Virus record (IMG/VR): IMGVR_UViG_3300013999_000001
Span: 1 to 64,000 of that record
Length of the DNA: 64,000 nucleotides
DNA from: a virus
Lineage: Duplodnaviria > Caudoviricetes
Direction: 5' to 3' (one strand)
The notes beneath the pieces were generated by a model. That model searched no databases. It saw nothing but the letters and a program-made list of their open reading frames with translations, and was not told where the DNA came from. Shown in pieces: positions 9,854-19,807 of this stretch. A program made the translations under genes and the position numbers. Numbering within the stretch: position 1 is the stretch's first letter; every line of letters starts with the position of its first letter.

Positions 9854-10186
9854 TTGAGAAAAGGTGGGAATGTGTTCGAGTTGGAAACAAGTTTGATCCA
9901 TGTCCTCGCCCTATCCCTTCTCAGTGGCTCCGGCGTGTTCCTGCATGGGGTGCGTGACGGAAGGATTAAGGGAAATTTCCTGAATTTTATCACTGAGTGG
10001 GTCCTGGCAGTGCTGGCTGGGCTGACAGCGTATTACGTCGCCCAGCATAAAGAATGGGAGCAGAGCCTGATGTATCTGGCGGTGCTGGTGGCGAGTAACA
10101 ACGGGCGAGAAGTAACAAGTGCGCTTAAGGACCGATTTATCGCTGCAATGCAGTTTATGTTCGGTCCTAAAGGAGGTGAAAAATGA
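9854..10186 (+). CDS. lydA: Holin LydA
   Basis: 110 aa, transmembrane segments, first gene of lydA-lydB-hdf-darA operon as in P1. Confidence 0.75.
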   Translation: MRKGGNVFELETSLIHVLALSLLSGSGVFLHGVRDGRIKGNFLNFITEWVLAVLAGLTAYYVAQHKEWEQSLMYLAVLVASNNGREVTSALKDRFIAAMQFMFGPKGGEK

Positions 10187-10638
10187 TGAGTAATTTTCAG
10201 GAGTATTGCTTTTACGGAATGGCCGCGCTGGCCGTATTCGATCGCTTCATCCTAAAGCGAAAAAAAATCAGGCTGGTTGAGTGTGGAGAGGCGGTAGTGC
10301 GTGGGAAGGCCTTGGCATTCCCGTTGCGATTTAGCGTCTCCTGCGCGCGACTGACAGGCGCAATGGTTGAATACAGCCTGCGTGACTCCAAAAACCCAAC
10401 GGCTGTTATCACCGGTAAAACGAGGACCCTGGATTTATCGGCAAAAGGGATGAATGAGGAATATCTGCTGATTGACCAGCGCTACCTCGAAGCCGGTACA
10501 TGGCTGTTATCGGTCCGTGTAACGCACGGCAACAGCCGCATGAATCCGCTGTACCGCATTTTCCCGGTTCAGGAATCAATTACGCGCAATTACAGCGTCA
10601 CAAAAGATGAGCAGGGGGTTTTCAGTGTCAGCAACTAA
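10183..10638 (+). CDS. lydB: Antiholin LydB
   Basis: 151 aa, N-terminal TM, HGNSRMNPLYRIFP motif; synteny. Confidence 0.75.
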   Translation: MMSNFQEYCFYGMAALAVFDRFILKRKKIRLVECGEAVVRGKALAFPLRFSVSCARLTGAMVEYSLRDSKNPTAVITGKTRTLDLSAKGMNEEYLLIDQRYLEAGTWLLSVRVTHGNSRMNPLYRIFPVQESITRNYSVTKDEQGVFSVSN

Positions 10639-11251
10639 CGGCTATGTAACCCTTAACTTTGACGAACTCAATGTTAAGGGACTGGATAAGCTTAAAAAAG
10701 CAGTCAATAAGGCCGGTTATGAAGTCGTGAAGGTCACACCAGCAGGCCAGGCACGGCGCAAAGACGGTATTCCAACAAAAACCTTTGAGCTGAAAGGTAT
10801 CGACGAGCAGGTAATGGTTGTTCAGGTCAATAACACCGGCGACATTTCCGGCATCAAGCTCAACGGCAAAAACTCACCGTACACGCCTGTTAAGACTATG
10901 GCCGAGCTGGGAAAAGCACTGGCCGATTTGTTTAAGAAAGGCTCAACGGCGTTTCAAAAGGCCCTGGCACGCAAGCTGGCCCGCGCGGCTAAAAAGGACC
11001 TCGACAAGGACAAGCCAAACACCAGCAAGGGTGTGAAATCCGGCGTCCAGATGCTCAGTGATGCCCGCGCTCGCCGTGATGCGCAGAAAGAGGCGATTGA
11101 GGCCGTTAATGAAAAACTCACCGCCCTGAAAACAGAGCAGGATATGACGCAGAAGGAACACGGCAACCTGCAAAACGAGCTAAATCTGGAAGTGGCGAAA
11201 ACAACTCAACTCCAGGACCTTATTGCTAAAGCGAAAGGCGGCAACGAATGA
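10625..11251 (+). CDS. hdf: Hdf, DarA N-terminal-like antirestriction/head component
   Basis: YVTLNFDELNVKGLDKLKKA start, coiled-coil C-terminus; between lydB and darA; GTG start at 10625 preferred. Confidence 0.8.
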   Translation: MSATNGYVTLNFDELNVKGLDKLKKAVNKAGYEVVKVTPAGQARRKDGIPTKTFELKGIDEQVMVVQVNNTGDISGIKLNGKNSPYTPVKTMAELGKALADLFKKGSTAFQKALARKLARAAKKDLDKDKPNTSKGVKSGVQMLSDARARRDAQKEAIEAVNEKLTALKTEQDMTQKEHGNLQNELNLEVAKTTQLQDLIAKAKGGNE

Positions 11252-13932
11252 TTGATTTAACGAAAGAGATTGAGTTAACCGACAAGCCAAACTTTGTGGC
11301 TCCGCCTCTTACTGATTCGGTTTACGCGGAGTTAATGACGGGCAGCAGCGCCGATATGATGCTGGAAAGCGTCACTATTGACGATGTGGATCATGCCTAC
11401 CTCGGCGATGAAATGCTTTACGTCAGTATCGCCACTGGCAAAGCCATGTTCGAGGCCGTCACCAGTGAGCGCATGCGCTTGTCACAGACTATGCGCGCGT
11501 TCGCGCGCTCGCTAAACCGTGGCCTGAACGGCACCGGCATCAAAGCGGGAACCGATGACGCCGGTATTGATGAAGAGGGGCGCAAAACCATTGGCGGCGC
11601 GATCATTGGCAAGGTTCGTCGGGTGAACAACATCCCGATCATGACCGCGCTAATCCCGCTCTCTGACGGGCAGTCTATTTCACTGATTTTCCATTCCCCG
11701 ACAGCGGATAACGGACGCATCAAAAATAGCGATCTGCTGGTGGCGTTTCGCTTCCTGCTTAATAAGCGCGACGTGACGCATATCGTTGCCCCGATTGGTG
11801 GTCGTGACGTGTCATTGCAGCAAGTAAGCCAGGCGCTGGCGAACCTTGCCGAGCGTAACAGTGCGAAATTCACCAAACAGCAATCCGCACAGGTGAAGCT
11901 GCGCGCTGATATCGAGGGGTTGAACGCGGAAGCGGACCAACTGAGCGAGCAGCAGTCCTCCCTCCTGGAACAGGTTGAGACACATCAGCAAACCCTGATG
12001 AATAGCCAGAGTGACGCGCAGCAGCTGCGAGGCAAACTCGCCACACAGCGACAGATTAACGCCGAACTGGAAGCGCAGCTGGCCGCACTGAAAACGAACG
12101 CCGGCAGTGATGTAATTACGCTTCCGGGTGAGACTGGCCGAACCTTCTCTGACACTACGCGTAAGGTGAAAGAAGGGCTTTCCATGAGCGGCACCACCAC
12201 GCTCAGCAATGGTGCGGAAGTGGCCTACAAAACAGCTGACGACAACGGCGATCTGGTGGGCTGGGTACAGATTACCGATCCTTCCGGGCAGGTTTACAAA
12301 ATGCCGTCACCGTCATCCCAGGGCGCAAAGATGGGCGAGACAGCAACCAAACTACTGAAAGCCTACCGGGAAAATAAAGCGGATAAGTTTGCCGTGGCGG
12401 CACCGGTAGAACCGACCCCGGGAAGCGATGACACACAGCAGGGTGCAGACGCTGATTTGCAGCAGCTGGTGGCCGTCATCGGTAATGGTCTGACAGACGC
12501 GGCAGCGGCTGACTGGGCGGCGAATAAAAAAGCCACGCCTGATTTTATTCGCTTCCTGATCCGCCAGTATGGCACCGCTGATGATAAAGCCAAACAGCGA
12601 TTCGTTGAAGGGATCGAGAAGAACTGGAAAATCAAGTTGCCGGGTACGGGCAGCGACAATCGGCTGGTGGCGAAACTGGCGCGCGATTACGTTGATAGCA
12701 TGAAGCGGCCAACCGGCACTGATTTTCTCAATACCTATTTCATGGGCGAAGCGCCGAAAGCCAGCCAGAACCCGGTTTACGTTCCGCACGTTGAAGGCGG
12801 TGATTTCTTTGCAGCACCATTAAATACAGCCATAGATCGCTACCGCGAAGCGCTGCCAAACCCGAAATCGAACAGCACCCTGAAAGAGCAGGCTAATTTC
12901 CTGATCCGTCTGGTCAAGGCTGAGAAAGATTTCGAGGGCCTGGCAGGGAGCGTGGAGGATGGTTTTGCACGTCTGGCCGACGGCTCAATATTGACGCTTG
13001 AAGACGGCAAGCTGTTATTGTCTACAACCGATGACGAAACGCACAATGCGAAATACTCCGTTGACGTTGGCGATCGCGCCCTGGAGGAAGCCATTGAAGA
13101 TCTGGTGAATTCGTATCGTCTGGGTAACGTGGAATACATGACGCCTGAAAGCCGCGCGAAAAACAATCCTGAGCCGTCAAAACCTGATAGCCAGCCATCA
13201 CCCGGCAATTACCGCTATGCGCTGGTTAACCGCCCCGCAGGCCCGGCGACTATCCCCGAAGGCAATACGGCGATCCTGCCGCCAGTAGAGCAAAGTGCGC
13301 CGTATGGCCGCATCGCGCGCCACGGTTTCGTGATGTATGACGCGCCGCTGTCAGACGCTGATATGGCCGCGTTTGAGCTGAAACTTATCCCGACGCATGC
13401 AGATCTCGATGCGCTGGCGATGAAGATCGCTCAGGGCAGCATGAACAGCTACGCCGCCGAGTATCTGGAAATGGCGACGGATGACGCTGATACGTTCCGC
13501 TCACAGGTCAGTATCTTTGCCCGCAAAGACGCGCCAAACGTGGCATTCCCGCAGGGCGATGATCTGGCATACTTCCTCCAGGCGATGCAGGGCGCGCTTG
13601 CTGAGGCGGCGAAAACCCCGCCAGCAAAAGATACAGGCCCTGCCGAAGGAGAAGAAATTGTGAAAAAAGAGGCTTCCGAAGCCGCAGGAAGCGAAGAGCC
13701 ATCCGAGGCCGATAAGGCAGCGAATGATGCGCTGGCATACCTGCAAAGCATCCTGTCATTGCAGTCAAAAGATATGGGCGTTATCCGTGAAGCACGAACC
13801 AAAGTCCGTGGCGCGATTGGTGCGCTCCAGGCCGCTGGCCGTGACGTGGATAATGAGCCTCTGGTAAACGATGCTGCGCAGCACCTTTCCGATCTGCTGG
13901 TGGCAATTCAGCGTGAAGGAGCACCCGCATGA
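11248..13932 (+). CDS. darA: Defence against restriction protein DarA (enlarged)
   Basis: 894 aa; DarA_N-like region (FHSPTADNGRI...FRFLLNKRDVTH), coiled coil, DarA_C-like YRYALVNRPAGPATIP...ARHG motif. Confidence 0.9.
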   Translation: MIDLTKEIELTDKPNFVAPPLTDSVYAELMTGSSADMMLESVTIDDVDHAYLGDEMLYVSIATGKAMFEAVTSERMRLSQTMRAFARSLNRGLNGTGIKAGTDDAGIDEEGRKTIGGAIIGKVRRVNNIPIMTALIPLSDGQSISLIFHSPTADNGRIKNSDLLVAFRFLLNKRDVTHIVAPIGGRDVSLQQVSQALANLAERNSAKFTKQQSAQVKLRADIEGLNAEADQLSEQQSSLLEQVETHQQTLMNSQSDAQQLRGKLATQRQINAELEAQLAALKTNAGSDVITLPGETGRTFSDTTRKVKEGLSMSGTTTLSNGAEVAYKTADDNGDLVGWVQITDPSGQVYKMPSPSSQGAKMGETATKLLKAYRENKADKFAVAAPVEPTPGSDDTQQGADADLQQLVAVIGNGLTDAAAADWAANKKATPDFIRFLIRQYGTADDKAKQRFVEGIEKNWKIKLPGTGSDNRLVAKLARDYVDSMKRPTGTDFLNTYFMGEAPKASQNPVYVPHVEGGDFFAAPLNTAIDRYREALPNPKSNSTLKEQANFLIRLVKAEKDFEGLAGSVEDGFARLADGSILTLEDGKLLLSTTDDETHNAKYSVDVGDRALEEAIEDLVNSYRLGNVEYMTPESRAKNNPEPSKPDSQPSPGNYRYALVNRPAGPATIPEGNTAILPPVEQSAPYGRIARHGFVMYDAPLSDADMAAFELKLIPTHADLDALAMKIAQGSMNSYAAEYLEMATDDADTFRSQVSIFARKDAPNVAFPQGDDLAYFLQAMQGALAEAAKTPPAKDTGPAEGEEIVKKEASEAAGSEEPSEADKAANDALAYLQSILSLQSKDMGVIREARTKVRGAIGALQAAGRDVDNEPLVNDAAQHLSDLLVAIQREGAPA

Positions 13933-14267
13933 CGTTAACCGCACTGGAACGGCTGGACCTGAATGATCAGCTCGATGAACTGATGATTAAGGCCCAAACG
14001 GCCAAGGGGCTGGACCTTCTCGATCTGAATGACCAGATTGAAGAAGTAATGTTAAAGCTGGGATTCGGCAGCACCCGCGCCGCGCCAACGGATACGATCC
14101 CGTCCGTTGTCACAGAGTTTTTGGCAGGGAAGTTCGTCAACCAGCCGCAGATGGATTTTGTGGACACCTTGCGCGAGGTGGGCGCGTATCTGGACCAGTT
14201 CTTGTCGCTGGACGATATGCGGCAGCAGGTGCGAACCTGGATTGCCAAAAACAATTACGCAATGTAA
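13929..14267 (+). CDS. ddrA: DdrA
   Basis: 112 aa after darA, LTALERLDLNDQLDEL start. Confidence 0.8.
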   Translation: MTLTALERLDLNDQLDELMIKAQTAKGLDLLDLNDQIEEVMLKLGFGSTRAAPTDTIPSVVTEFLAGKFVNQPQMDFVDTLREVGAYLDQFLSLDDMRQQVRTWIAKNNYAM

Positions 14268-14270
14268 TGC

Positions 14271-14297
14271 AAGGCCCCGGAAACGGGGCTTTTTTTT
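14271..14297 (+). terminator. Rho-independent terminator
   Basis: GCCCCG-GAAA-CGGGGC plus T-run. Confidence 0.8.
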
Positions 14298-14310
14298 GGT
14301 TCGCGGGTCG

Positions 14311-14331
14311 AAATCACAGAGCTTTTACCAT
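14311..14331 (+). promoter_or_regulatory. Candidate late promoter (ddrB)
   Basis: AAATCACAGA-gcttt-TACCAT. Confidence 0.65.
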
Positions 14332-14366
14332 CCCCTCTACCGTTAAATTTGTAGAGGACAGGGCAT

Positions 14367-17300
14367 GTGAACGAATTAACGAATGCCATTGATAACACCG
14401 CTAGCGTGGATAGTCTGGTGGCGTTGGTGGCTTCACTGCATTACAGCCAGACCGGGTTAGGCCGGACATCTTTTGTCGTGACCAGTAAAGGTCTGGAGGT
14501 CAAAACCGGCTTTAAGGTGATCGATGCCCGAAGCCTGGTTATCTCCAACAATCTGGACGGCACCATTAACCCCAAATTCCCCGCTGAGCTGCAACCGCGC
14601 GACCGCACCCGTATGTCCAGCAAGATCCAGGTGAGCAAGATAGCGGGCAACCTGCGACCGGCTCAGCTGACCGACTCCGGGCTGAGCAGCCACGGCGCGC
14701 CGATTGTCGGACCGGATAATGTTGTCGAATCCGGGAATGGCCGCTCTATGGGTATCCTGCGCGCCTATGAACAGGGGCAGGCTGACAGCTACCGGCAGTA
14801 CCTGATTGAGCATGCTGGCGACTACGGGCTGAAAGCGGCGGACATTGAGAAGATGGATATGCCGGTGCTGGTACGCGAGCGCGTCACCGAGCTGGACCGC
14901 GCGAAGTTTGCCCGTGATTCTAACCAGTCCGATTTACAGGAAATGGCCGCAAGCGAAAAGGCGTTTGTAGACGCCGAAATGCTGGATGAACGACTCATGG
15001 CGATGTTTGCGCCGTCCGAGGAAGGCAATCTCTTAGCCCGATCGAATGACTCGTTTATACGGTCGTTTATGAAGGAAATTGGCGACACGGCCACAGCAGG
15101 CCTTGTGACCACAGATGGACGGCCAACCAAGCAGCTGATCGACCGTATCCAGAACGCCATTTTTGCCAAAGCTTATAAGGATGAACGGTTAGTAAAACTT
15201 GTGGCGGAAGAACCGGACCCGGAAATGCGTAACATCCTGACCGCACTCAATACCGCAGCGAGCGATTTTGCTCAGATGCAGATGCTATCCGGCGATGTTC
15301 ACAAGCAGGCGGTTGGCGGGCTGGTGAGCGGCGTGGAGGAGGTGAGCGGGCTGGATAAACAGGCCATCGCCGCACTACAGGATGCGATCAACCTTGTCCG
15401 TCAGGCGAAGGACAGCGGTCAGGCAATCGAAGAGGCGATTGCCCAGCAGGGATTGTTTGAAGAAACGAGCAAAGAGGCTGAGGCGCTGGCACTCTTTATT
15501 GTGGCGAACAACCGCAGCGCAAAACGTATTGGCGCAGCCTTCAAAAAGCTGGCACAGAAAATCAACGCAGAGCTAACTCACCAGCAGCAGGCGCTGGGGG
15601 ACATGTTCGGTGGTGGTGATTTACTGCTGGTGGATGTGCTCAGCGCCGTCTCGCGTGAGATTGAGGAAGAATTCGGCGAAGGGAAGGGGCTGAATTTTGC
15701 AATGTTTGAATCCGCAGCGGGTGCAGGTGATATCGATCCGTATCTGGCAGGGCTGATAGTAAAGGCATCCGGCGTGGCCGAGCTGATGCGCATTGTGCGA
15801 CTTGCCGACCGATTCCGCACAGCGCTTGTTGGCAGAGATCCGAGTTCGAACATGTTTAATCTGCGCCATATAACCGGTGCAGGCATGCCCTATAGCCATG
15901 TCGGAGACTGGGTGGCGCAGCATCAGCTGAGTTCCTCAGCCGTAGCCCTTATCGTATCGACCGCCAGCCGAAGCCTGTTTTATACAGAAGCCTTGCGCGA
16001 TGCGGTGAAAGAAAATGCCGCCCCGCCTTCCCTGATTGACGATCGCATTGTTGATATGCGAATTGAGAGATTCAGGGAAAAAATTAACGGTAAAGATCTC
16101 GACCCCCTGATTACCAGTCTTCATCGTATAGACAGTAGTGAAGTGGCGCTTATCCCTGATGAAATCACGATGGATGAGATCAACGCTGGTTGTCGTTTAT
16201 GGGTGAGCGGATATCTGAATATGCCGCTAAAGGAGCGGCAAATAGCCCTGACGCAGTTTGATAAGAAAATCAAAAACGCCAAGAGCATTCCGCAGACTAT
16301 CGCGGCAATGCAGGACGCCATTAAAACCGCTAAGAAAGCCCTGGCGGACATCGACGACGTTATGGAGAACGGCAAAGCGGCGCTTGCCGCAGTGGGCCTT
16401 ACGCTTGAGTTCAGCAGCGAAAAGCGGGCTGACGCGTACATCAATGCACTGGAAAGATTAAAAGCGCTGACCCCGCTTATTGCCGAGCATTCCGTGTCAG
16501 AAATTAATGAGTTTGTTGATTTTTATATACCTGAAATCAATAAAGTACGGGATCGTCCAGAAAAGTTAGACCTTTATCTTAAAGATGTGTTTAGGCCTGG
16601 AACTGGCTTTGCCAGGGCGGTTGGCCGACTGGAGTGGGATCTCAATGATGATACCGACGTTGCAATTGCCCATGAAGTTGTGTCACTAACCGAATTGTTC
16701 AGCAGAAGCCTTGCATATCCGCCAATGCTAGTGAAAGAGATTCACAGCAAAGTGAAAGCAGCTATGGACGCGGCATCGAGTATTTCAGAGGAGCAGGCCG
16801 AGGAATGGGCGCGCGGGCTGAAAATGGAGGATGAAATTGCCGACCTGATGTCAAAAGATAATCCTGGCCGAAAAGGGTTTAACCTGCGTAGCGCAATTGC
16901 CAGCGTCTATCGTGTGACAAACGGCAACCTTGATTCACTGAAAGAGGTGGCGCATACAGAAGGCGTCCGGGCATACGCCACCAGGAACGGTGAAATAGTC
17001 ATTGAAGGCAACGGCGACTCTGAGCATGTCGTATTCCATGAGGCCGGTCATCATATTGAGTATTCCAGCCCGTACCTTCTGGAACGCGCAAAAGCCTTCC
17101 TGAAAATGAAAGCAGGCGATCGCATAACTTATGTTAATAGCGGCTCGCGCGGTGATGCTGAATACATTGTATCTGCGGGCATGAGCGTGGCTTACATGTC
17201 TAAAATCTATATGGAAAGAGAGGTGAGCCGGATTAGTGGCAAGTTGCTTTCAAAGCCTCCAGTGCTGAGTAAGTGCCGGTCAACTGAAATCTTCTCAATG

Positions 17301-17411
17301 GCTATGCAGTGCTACGCTGATCCTGAACAGACCGTTAAATCCCTGCTGAATAACGACGGTCTGATTGAGTTTTTCCTCGGATGCTTAAAGGAGTTGCCGA
17401 ATGCAAACTAA
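14367..17411 (+). CDS. ddrB: DdrB: N-terminal ParB-like domain, C-terminal zincin-like metallopeptidase motif
   Basis: 1014 aa; LQPRDRTR...GAPIVGPDNVVESGNGR ParB-like motif; VFHEAGHHIE (HExxH). Confidence 0.9.
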   Translation: MNELTNAIDNTASVDSLVALVASLHYSQTGLGRTSFVVTSKGLEVKTGFKVIDARSLVISNNLDGTINPKFPAELQPRDRTRMSSKIQVSKIAGNLRPAQLTDSGLSSHGAPIVGPDNVVESGNGRSMGILRAYEQGQADSYRQYLIEHAGDYGLKAADIEKMDMPVLVRERVTELDRAKFARDSNQSDLQEMAASEKAFVDAEMLDERLMAMFAPSEEGNLLARSNDSFIRSFMKEIGDTATAGLVTTDGRPTKQLIDRIQNAIFAKAYKDERLVKLVAEEPDPEMRNILTALNTAASDFAQMQMLSGDVHKQAVGGLVSGVEEVSGLDKQAIAALQDAINLVRQAKDSGQAIEEAIAQQGLFEETSKEAEALALFIVANNRSAKRIGAAFKKLAQKINAELTHQQQALGDMFGGGDLLLVDVLSAVSREIEEEFGEGKGLNFAMFESAAGAGDIDPYLAGLIVKASGVAELMRIVRLADRFRTALVGRDPSSNMFNLRHITGAGMPYSHVGDWVAQHQLSSSAVALIVSTASRSLFYTEALRDAVKENAAPPSLIDDRIVDMRIERFREKINGKDLDPLITSLHRIDSSEVALIPDEITMDEINAGCRLWVSGYLNMPLKERQIALTQFDKKIKNAKSIPQTIAAMQDAIKTAKKALADIDDVMENGKAALAAVGLTLEFSSEKRADAYINALERLKALTPLIAEHSVSEINEFVDFYIPEINKVRDRPEKLDLYLKDVFRPGTGFARAVGRLEWDLNDDTDVAIAHEVVSLTELFSRSLAYPPMLVKEIHSKVKAAMDAASSISEEQAEEWARGLKMEDEIADLMSKDNPGRKGFNLRSAIASVYRVTNGNLDSLKEVAHTEGVRAYATRNGEIVIEGNGDSEHVVFHEAGHHIEYSSPYLLERAKAFLKMKAGDRITYVNSGSRGDAEYIVSAGMSVAYMSKIYMEREVSRISGKLLSKPPVLSKCRSTEIFSMAMQCYADPEQTVKSLLNNDGLIEFFLGCLKELPNAN

Positions 17412-17691
17412 CGTTACATCGCCGGACGGCAAAACCGGCAGCATTTTACGCGGGGATGAGGGCGAAATCCTGAAAATCTCGGGCGATATAACCAGGGCGG
17501 ATATGGCCGCTGATTTGAAGCGGGTAAAGCCTAACTCAGCAACCGGCGCGGTTAACACGATGGACGCAGAGGCGCATTTTATCCTGCGCAGCCTGGAAAG
17601 CGTGGGCTGGCAGGTAGAGTGGCCGGTGGTTGAATCGGGCAATGAAAATGATGACGAGCCCGGAGATCTCGGCAGTATCATCGTAAACTGA
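17401..17691 (+). CDS. Hypothetical protein in the position of P1 hxr
   Basis: 96 aa overlapping ddrB stop; assignment by synteny and size only. Confidence 0.55.
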   Translation: MQTNVTSPDGKTGSILRGDEGEILKISGDITRADMAADLKRVKPNSATGAVNTMDAEAHFILRSLESVGWQVEWPVVESGNENDDEPGDLGSIIVN

Positions 17692-17694
17692 TTG

Positions 17695-17719
17695 AAGGCC
17701 CGCACTATGCGGGCTTTTT
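17695..17719 (+). terminator. Rho-independent terminator
   Basis: GCCCGCA-CTA-TGCGGGC plus T-run. Confidence 0.75.
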
Positions 17720-17730
17720 CTTACCCGACC

Positions 17731-17751
17731 AAAACACAGAGTCATTACGGT
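17731..17751 (+). promoter_or_regulatory. Candidate late promoter (endolysin)
   Basis: AAAACACAGA-gtcat-TACGGT. Confidence 0.6.
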
Positions 17752-17782
17752 GAAGCCTCCTAACACCACTGAGGCATTCACG

Positions 17783-18274
17783 ATGAGCCAGACTACAGAC
17801 CCGCGCTGGGTAGTGGAAGCGCGTAAAAATCTCCACGTCCGCGAAATCAAAGGTCCGCAGCATTGCCCGGAAATCCTGCAATACTGGCGAGACATCAAAC
17901 GTGGCGGTATCAAAGACGATGAAACCCCCTGGTGCGCCGCTTTTGTCGGTGCCATGCTGGAGCGCGTCGGTATCCAGTCAACCCGCTTTGAATCGGCGCG
18001 TAGCTACCTGAACTGGGGAACCGAGCTGCGCGAGGCAGTGCCAGGATGTATCGTTGTATTCACCCGCGACGGCGGCGGTCACGTTGGCTTTGTTGTCGGC
18101 CAGAACGAGAATCGCGATCTGCTGGTGCTGGGCGGCAATCAGTCCGATGCCGTAAATGTCCGCGCCTTCCCACGCGCCCGCGTTACCGGCTATCGCTGGC
18201 CTGCCGGTGAAGCACTTCCTGGTGATGTTCGTCTGCCTGTCACCACTGCGCAGAAATCCACCAGCGAAGCGTGA
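17783..18274 (+). CDS. TIGR02594-family putative peptidoglycan endopeptidase (NlpC/P60/CHAP-like endolysin)
   Basis: DDETPWCAAFV, GGGHVGFVVG and VLGGNQSDAV motifs; ATG at 17783 with GAGG RBS. Confidence 0.85.
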   Translation: MSQTTDPRWVVEARKNLHVREIKGPQHCPEILQYWRDIKRGGIKDDETPWCAAFVGAMLERVGIQSTRFESARSYLNWGTELREAVPGCIVVFTRDGGGHVGFVVGQNENRDLLVLGGNQSDAVNVRAFPRARVTGYRWPAGEALPGDVRLPVTTAQKSTSEA

Positions 18275-18302
18275 TCTACATGCCCTGGCGTCTGCCGGGG
18301 CC

Positions 18303-19220
18303 TTACACACGAAAACCCGTTGGGACCTGGCTGTAGTCCACGTCAGCGTAGGATGCCCGGAACATGGTGTCATTCTTGCCATCCCCGGCAGTTTTAAACG
18401 CGCTTACCACTTTGAGCATCATGCTCTTGAGCTGGTTAATCTCGTTGCCCTGGCGCTGGTTGTAGCGTTCCTCAGCGGCGTTGAGCTGGCCCTGAATACG
18501 CCTTTCCGTGATAAGCGCATTCCACTCAGCAAGTGTTTTACCCTGATAAGCCTGATCCGGTTTATCCACAACCTGCGACGGCTCAGGAGCAATATTTGGT
18601 TTTTTTTCTCTTTCAGAAAAAGCAGTAACTATCTCCTTTTGTGCCTCATTTTGAGCCCCGGCTCCCCGCTTCGTTTTGCGCCCCCCTTCATTGATGACAA
18701 TCAGAGCTGACGCGGCTTTAAGAGCAAACATCATTACCTTTTGTTTTAGTCGGCTGACGGTCTTGCGATAGAGGAATATGGCGAGGCAAAACAGCATAGC
18801 CGGACGGGTGAGAGTGCGGCGGGCGGTTTCCGTTCCAATTGTGCCTTGGGGAATTTCGGAATGGAAAATCGCGCGTCCAACATTGCTGGAGGTGAAGCGG
18901 TCGAGGGTGGCAATGGACACTTCCGCTTCTTGGGCGATGGTCTTACGGCTTGCGTAGCAGACGCCGGTATGTGACGGATTAACTTTGTTGGCTATGCACC
19001 CGGCAATGATTTTTCCGGTACGACTGGCGAATGATGCAGGAAGGTAGGCGAGAGCGTTGCTTAATTTGTAACCTGTAGGGAAAGCGCGTTGTAATTCAAG
19101 CCATAGCGCGTCGTTATCCATTTCAATATAGGCGGAGAACTCAGGCAGGCTATGGAGCAAAGGGGGTTGAACTGCAATATCGGCTAAAGAATTAGGCTGG
19201 ATTTGGTCATGGTTTTGCAT
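18303..19220 (-). CDS. repL: Lytic replication initiator RepL
   Basis: 305 aa; HTH region (YASRKTIAQEAEVSIATLDR); SRTGKIIAGC and C-terminal VPTGFRV resemble P1 RepL. Confidence 0.75.
   Translation of the reverse strand: MQNHDQIQPNSLADIAVQPPLLHSLPEFSAYIEMDNDALWLELQRAFPTGYKLSNALAYLPASFASRTGKIIAGCIANKVNPSHTGVCYASRKTIAQEAEVSIATLDRFTSSNVGRAIFHSEIPQGTIGTETARRTLTRPAMLFCLAIFLYRKTVSRLKQKVMMFALKAASALIVINEGGRKTKRGAGAQNEAQKEIVTAFSEREKKPNIAPEPSQVVDKPDQAYQGKTLAEWNALITERRIQGQLNAAEERYNQRQGNEINQLKSMMLKVVSAFKTAGDGKNDTMFRASYADVDYSQVPTGFRV
18637..18682. repeat. Three TTTTG(T/A/C)GCC repeats next to an AT-rich tract inside repL; candidate oriL iterons
   Basis: 18637-45, 18649-57, 18674-82; AT-rich 18595-18630; P1 oriL lies within repL. 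Confidence 0.4.
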
Positions 19221-19514
19221 TATTATTTCCTATGTTGTTTGGGGCTTTTACGGATAAGCGCCCCTCTCCGATGCCTGCCAGGGCATTGGATACATGTTTA
19301 AGTTGCCGTTCTCTGCCTGGTCGCCAAACCTTTAGGGCATTGAACAAAGTCTCTGAAAAAGCTGGTGGATTGCCGTCCTCCGGCTTTTTTCTTTTTTATT
19401 CTGTCATTGCTACATTCCTTGCTGTTTTTCAGGCACGGCAAAACCGCACCGAAAATTCGGCGCTGAGTGATTTTTACTCAGGAGACTGACACACAAAAAC
19501 GCGCAGGAAAAAAC

Positions 19515-19543
19515 TTGAGTGCGGGGAATAGTGCTTGTAAACT
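19515..19543 (+). promoter_or_regulatory. Candidate sigma70 promoter antisense to the repL leader
   Basis: TTGAGT-17 nt-TAAACT. Confidence 0.45.
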
Positions 19544-19549
19544 GACCGT

Positions 19550-19658
19550 ACAGCACTTTTCCGAACTATGTGTGTTGTCAGCATTGAGTGAGTGCGAATC
19601 ACGTCAGCGCATAAGGGCTTAAAGGCCCGGCAAAAGCCACCTGCCAGGGTGGCTTTTT
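19550..19658 (+). ncRNA. Candidate antisense sRNA (about 110 nt) to the repL leader
   Basis: Promoter at 19515-43 and terminator hairpin AAAAGCCAC(C)...GGTGGCTTTTT at 19632-58. Confidence 0.35.
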
Positions 19659-19796
19659 GCTTTCTGGCGTTTAACATACGTCAAAAATTGTTACCCAGGA
19701 AGATCCAGCCCAAAAAAGGATCGCGATCCAAGCTGGTGGCGATTGCGATCCTATCCACGTCATGACGCTATGGCAATACTGTTTTTATCAACAGCA

Positions 19797-19807
19797 TCTT
19801 AGAATCA
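19797..19807. promoter_or_regulatory. Candidate C1 operator upstream of the repL operon
   Basis: TCTTAGAATCA, variant of the recurring TTAGAATT motif. Confidence 0.45.

Noticed and set aside
9373-9860. Cin/cix invertible tail-fibre segment
   Set aside because: No serine invertase, no inverted S'/U' copies and no cix-like inverted repeats
19474-19677. 67-aa ORF as icd, or region as P1 c4 RNA
   Set aside because: No resemblance to P1 Icd or the C4 cloverleaf and no ant gene; may be a leader peptide at most
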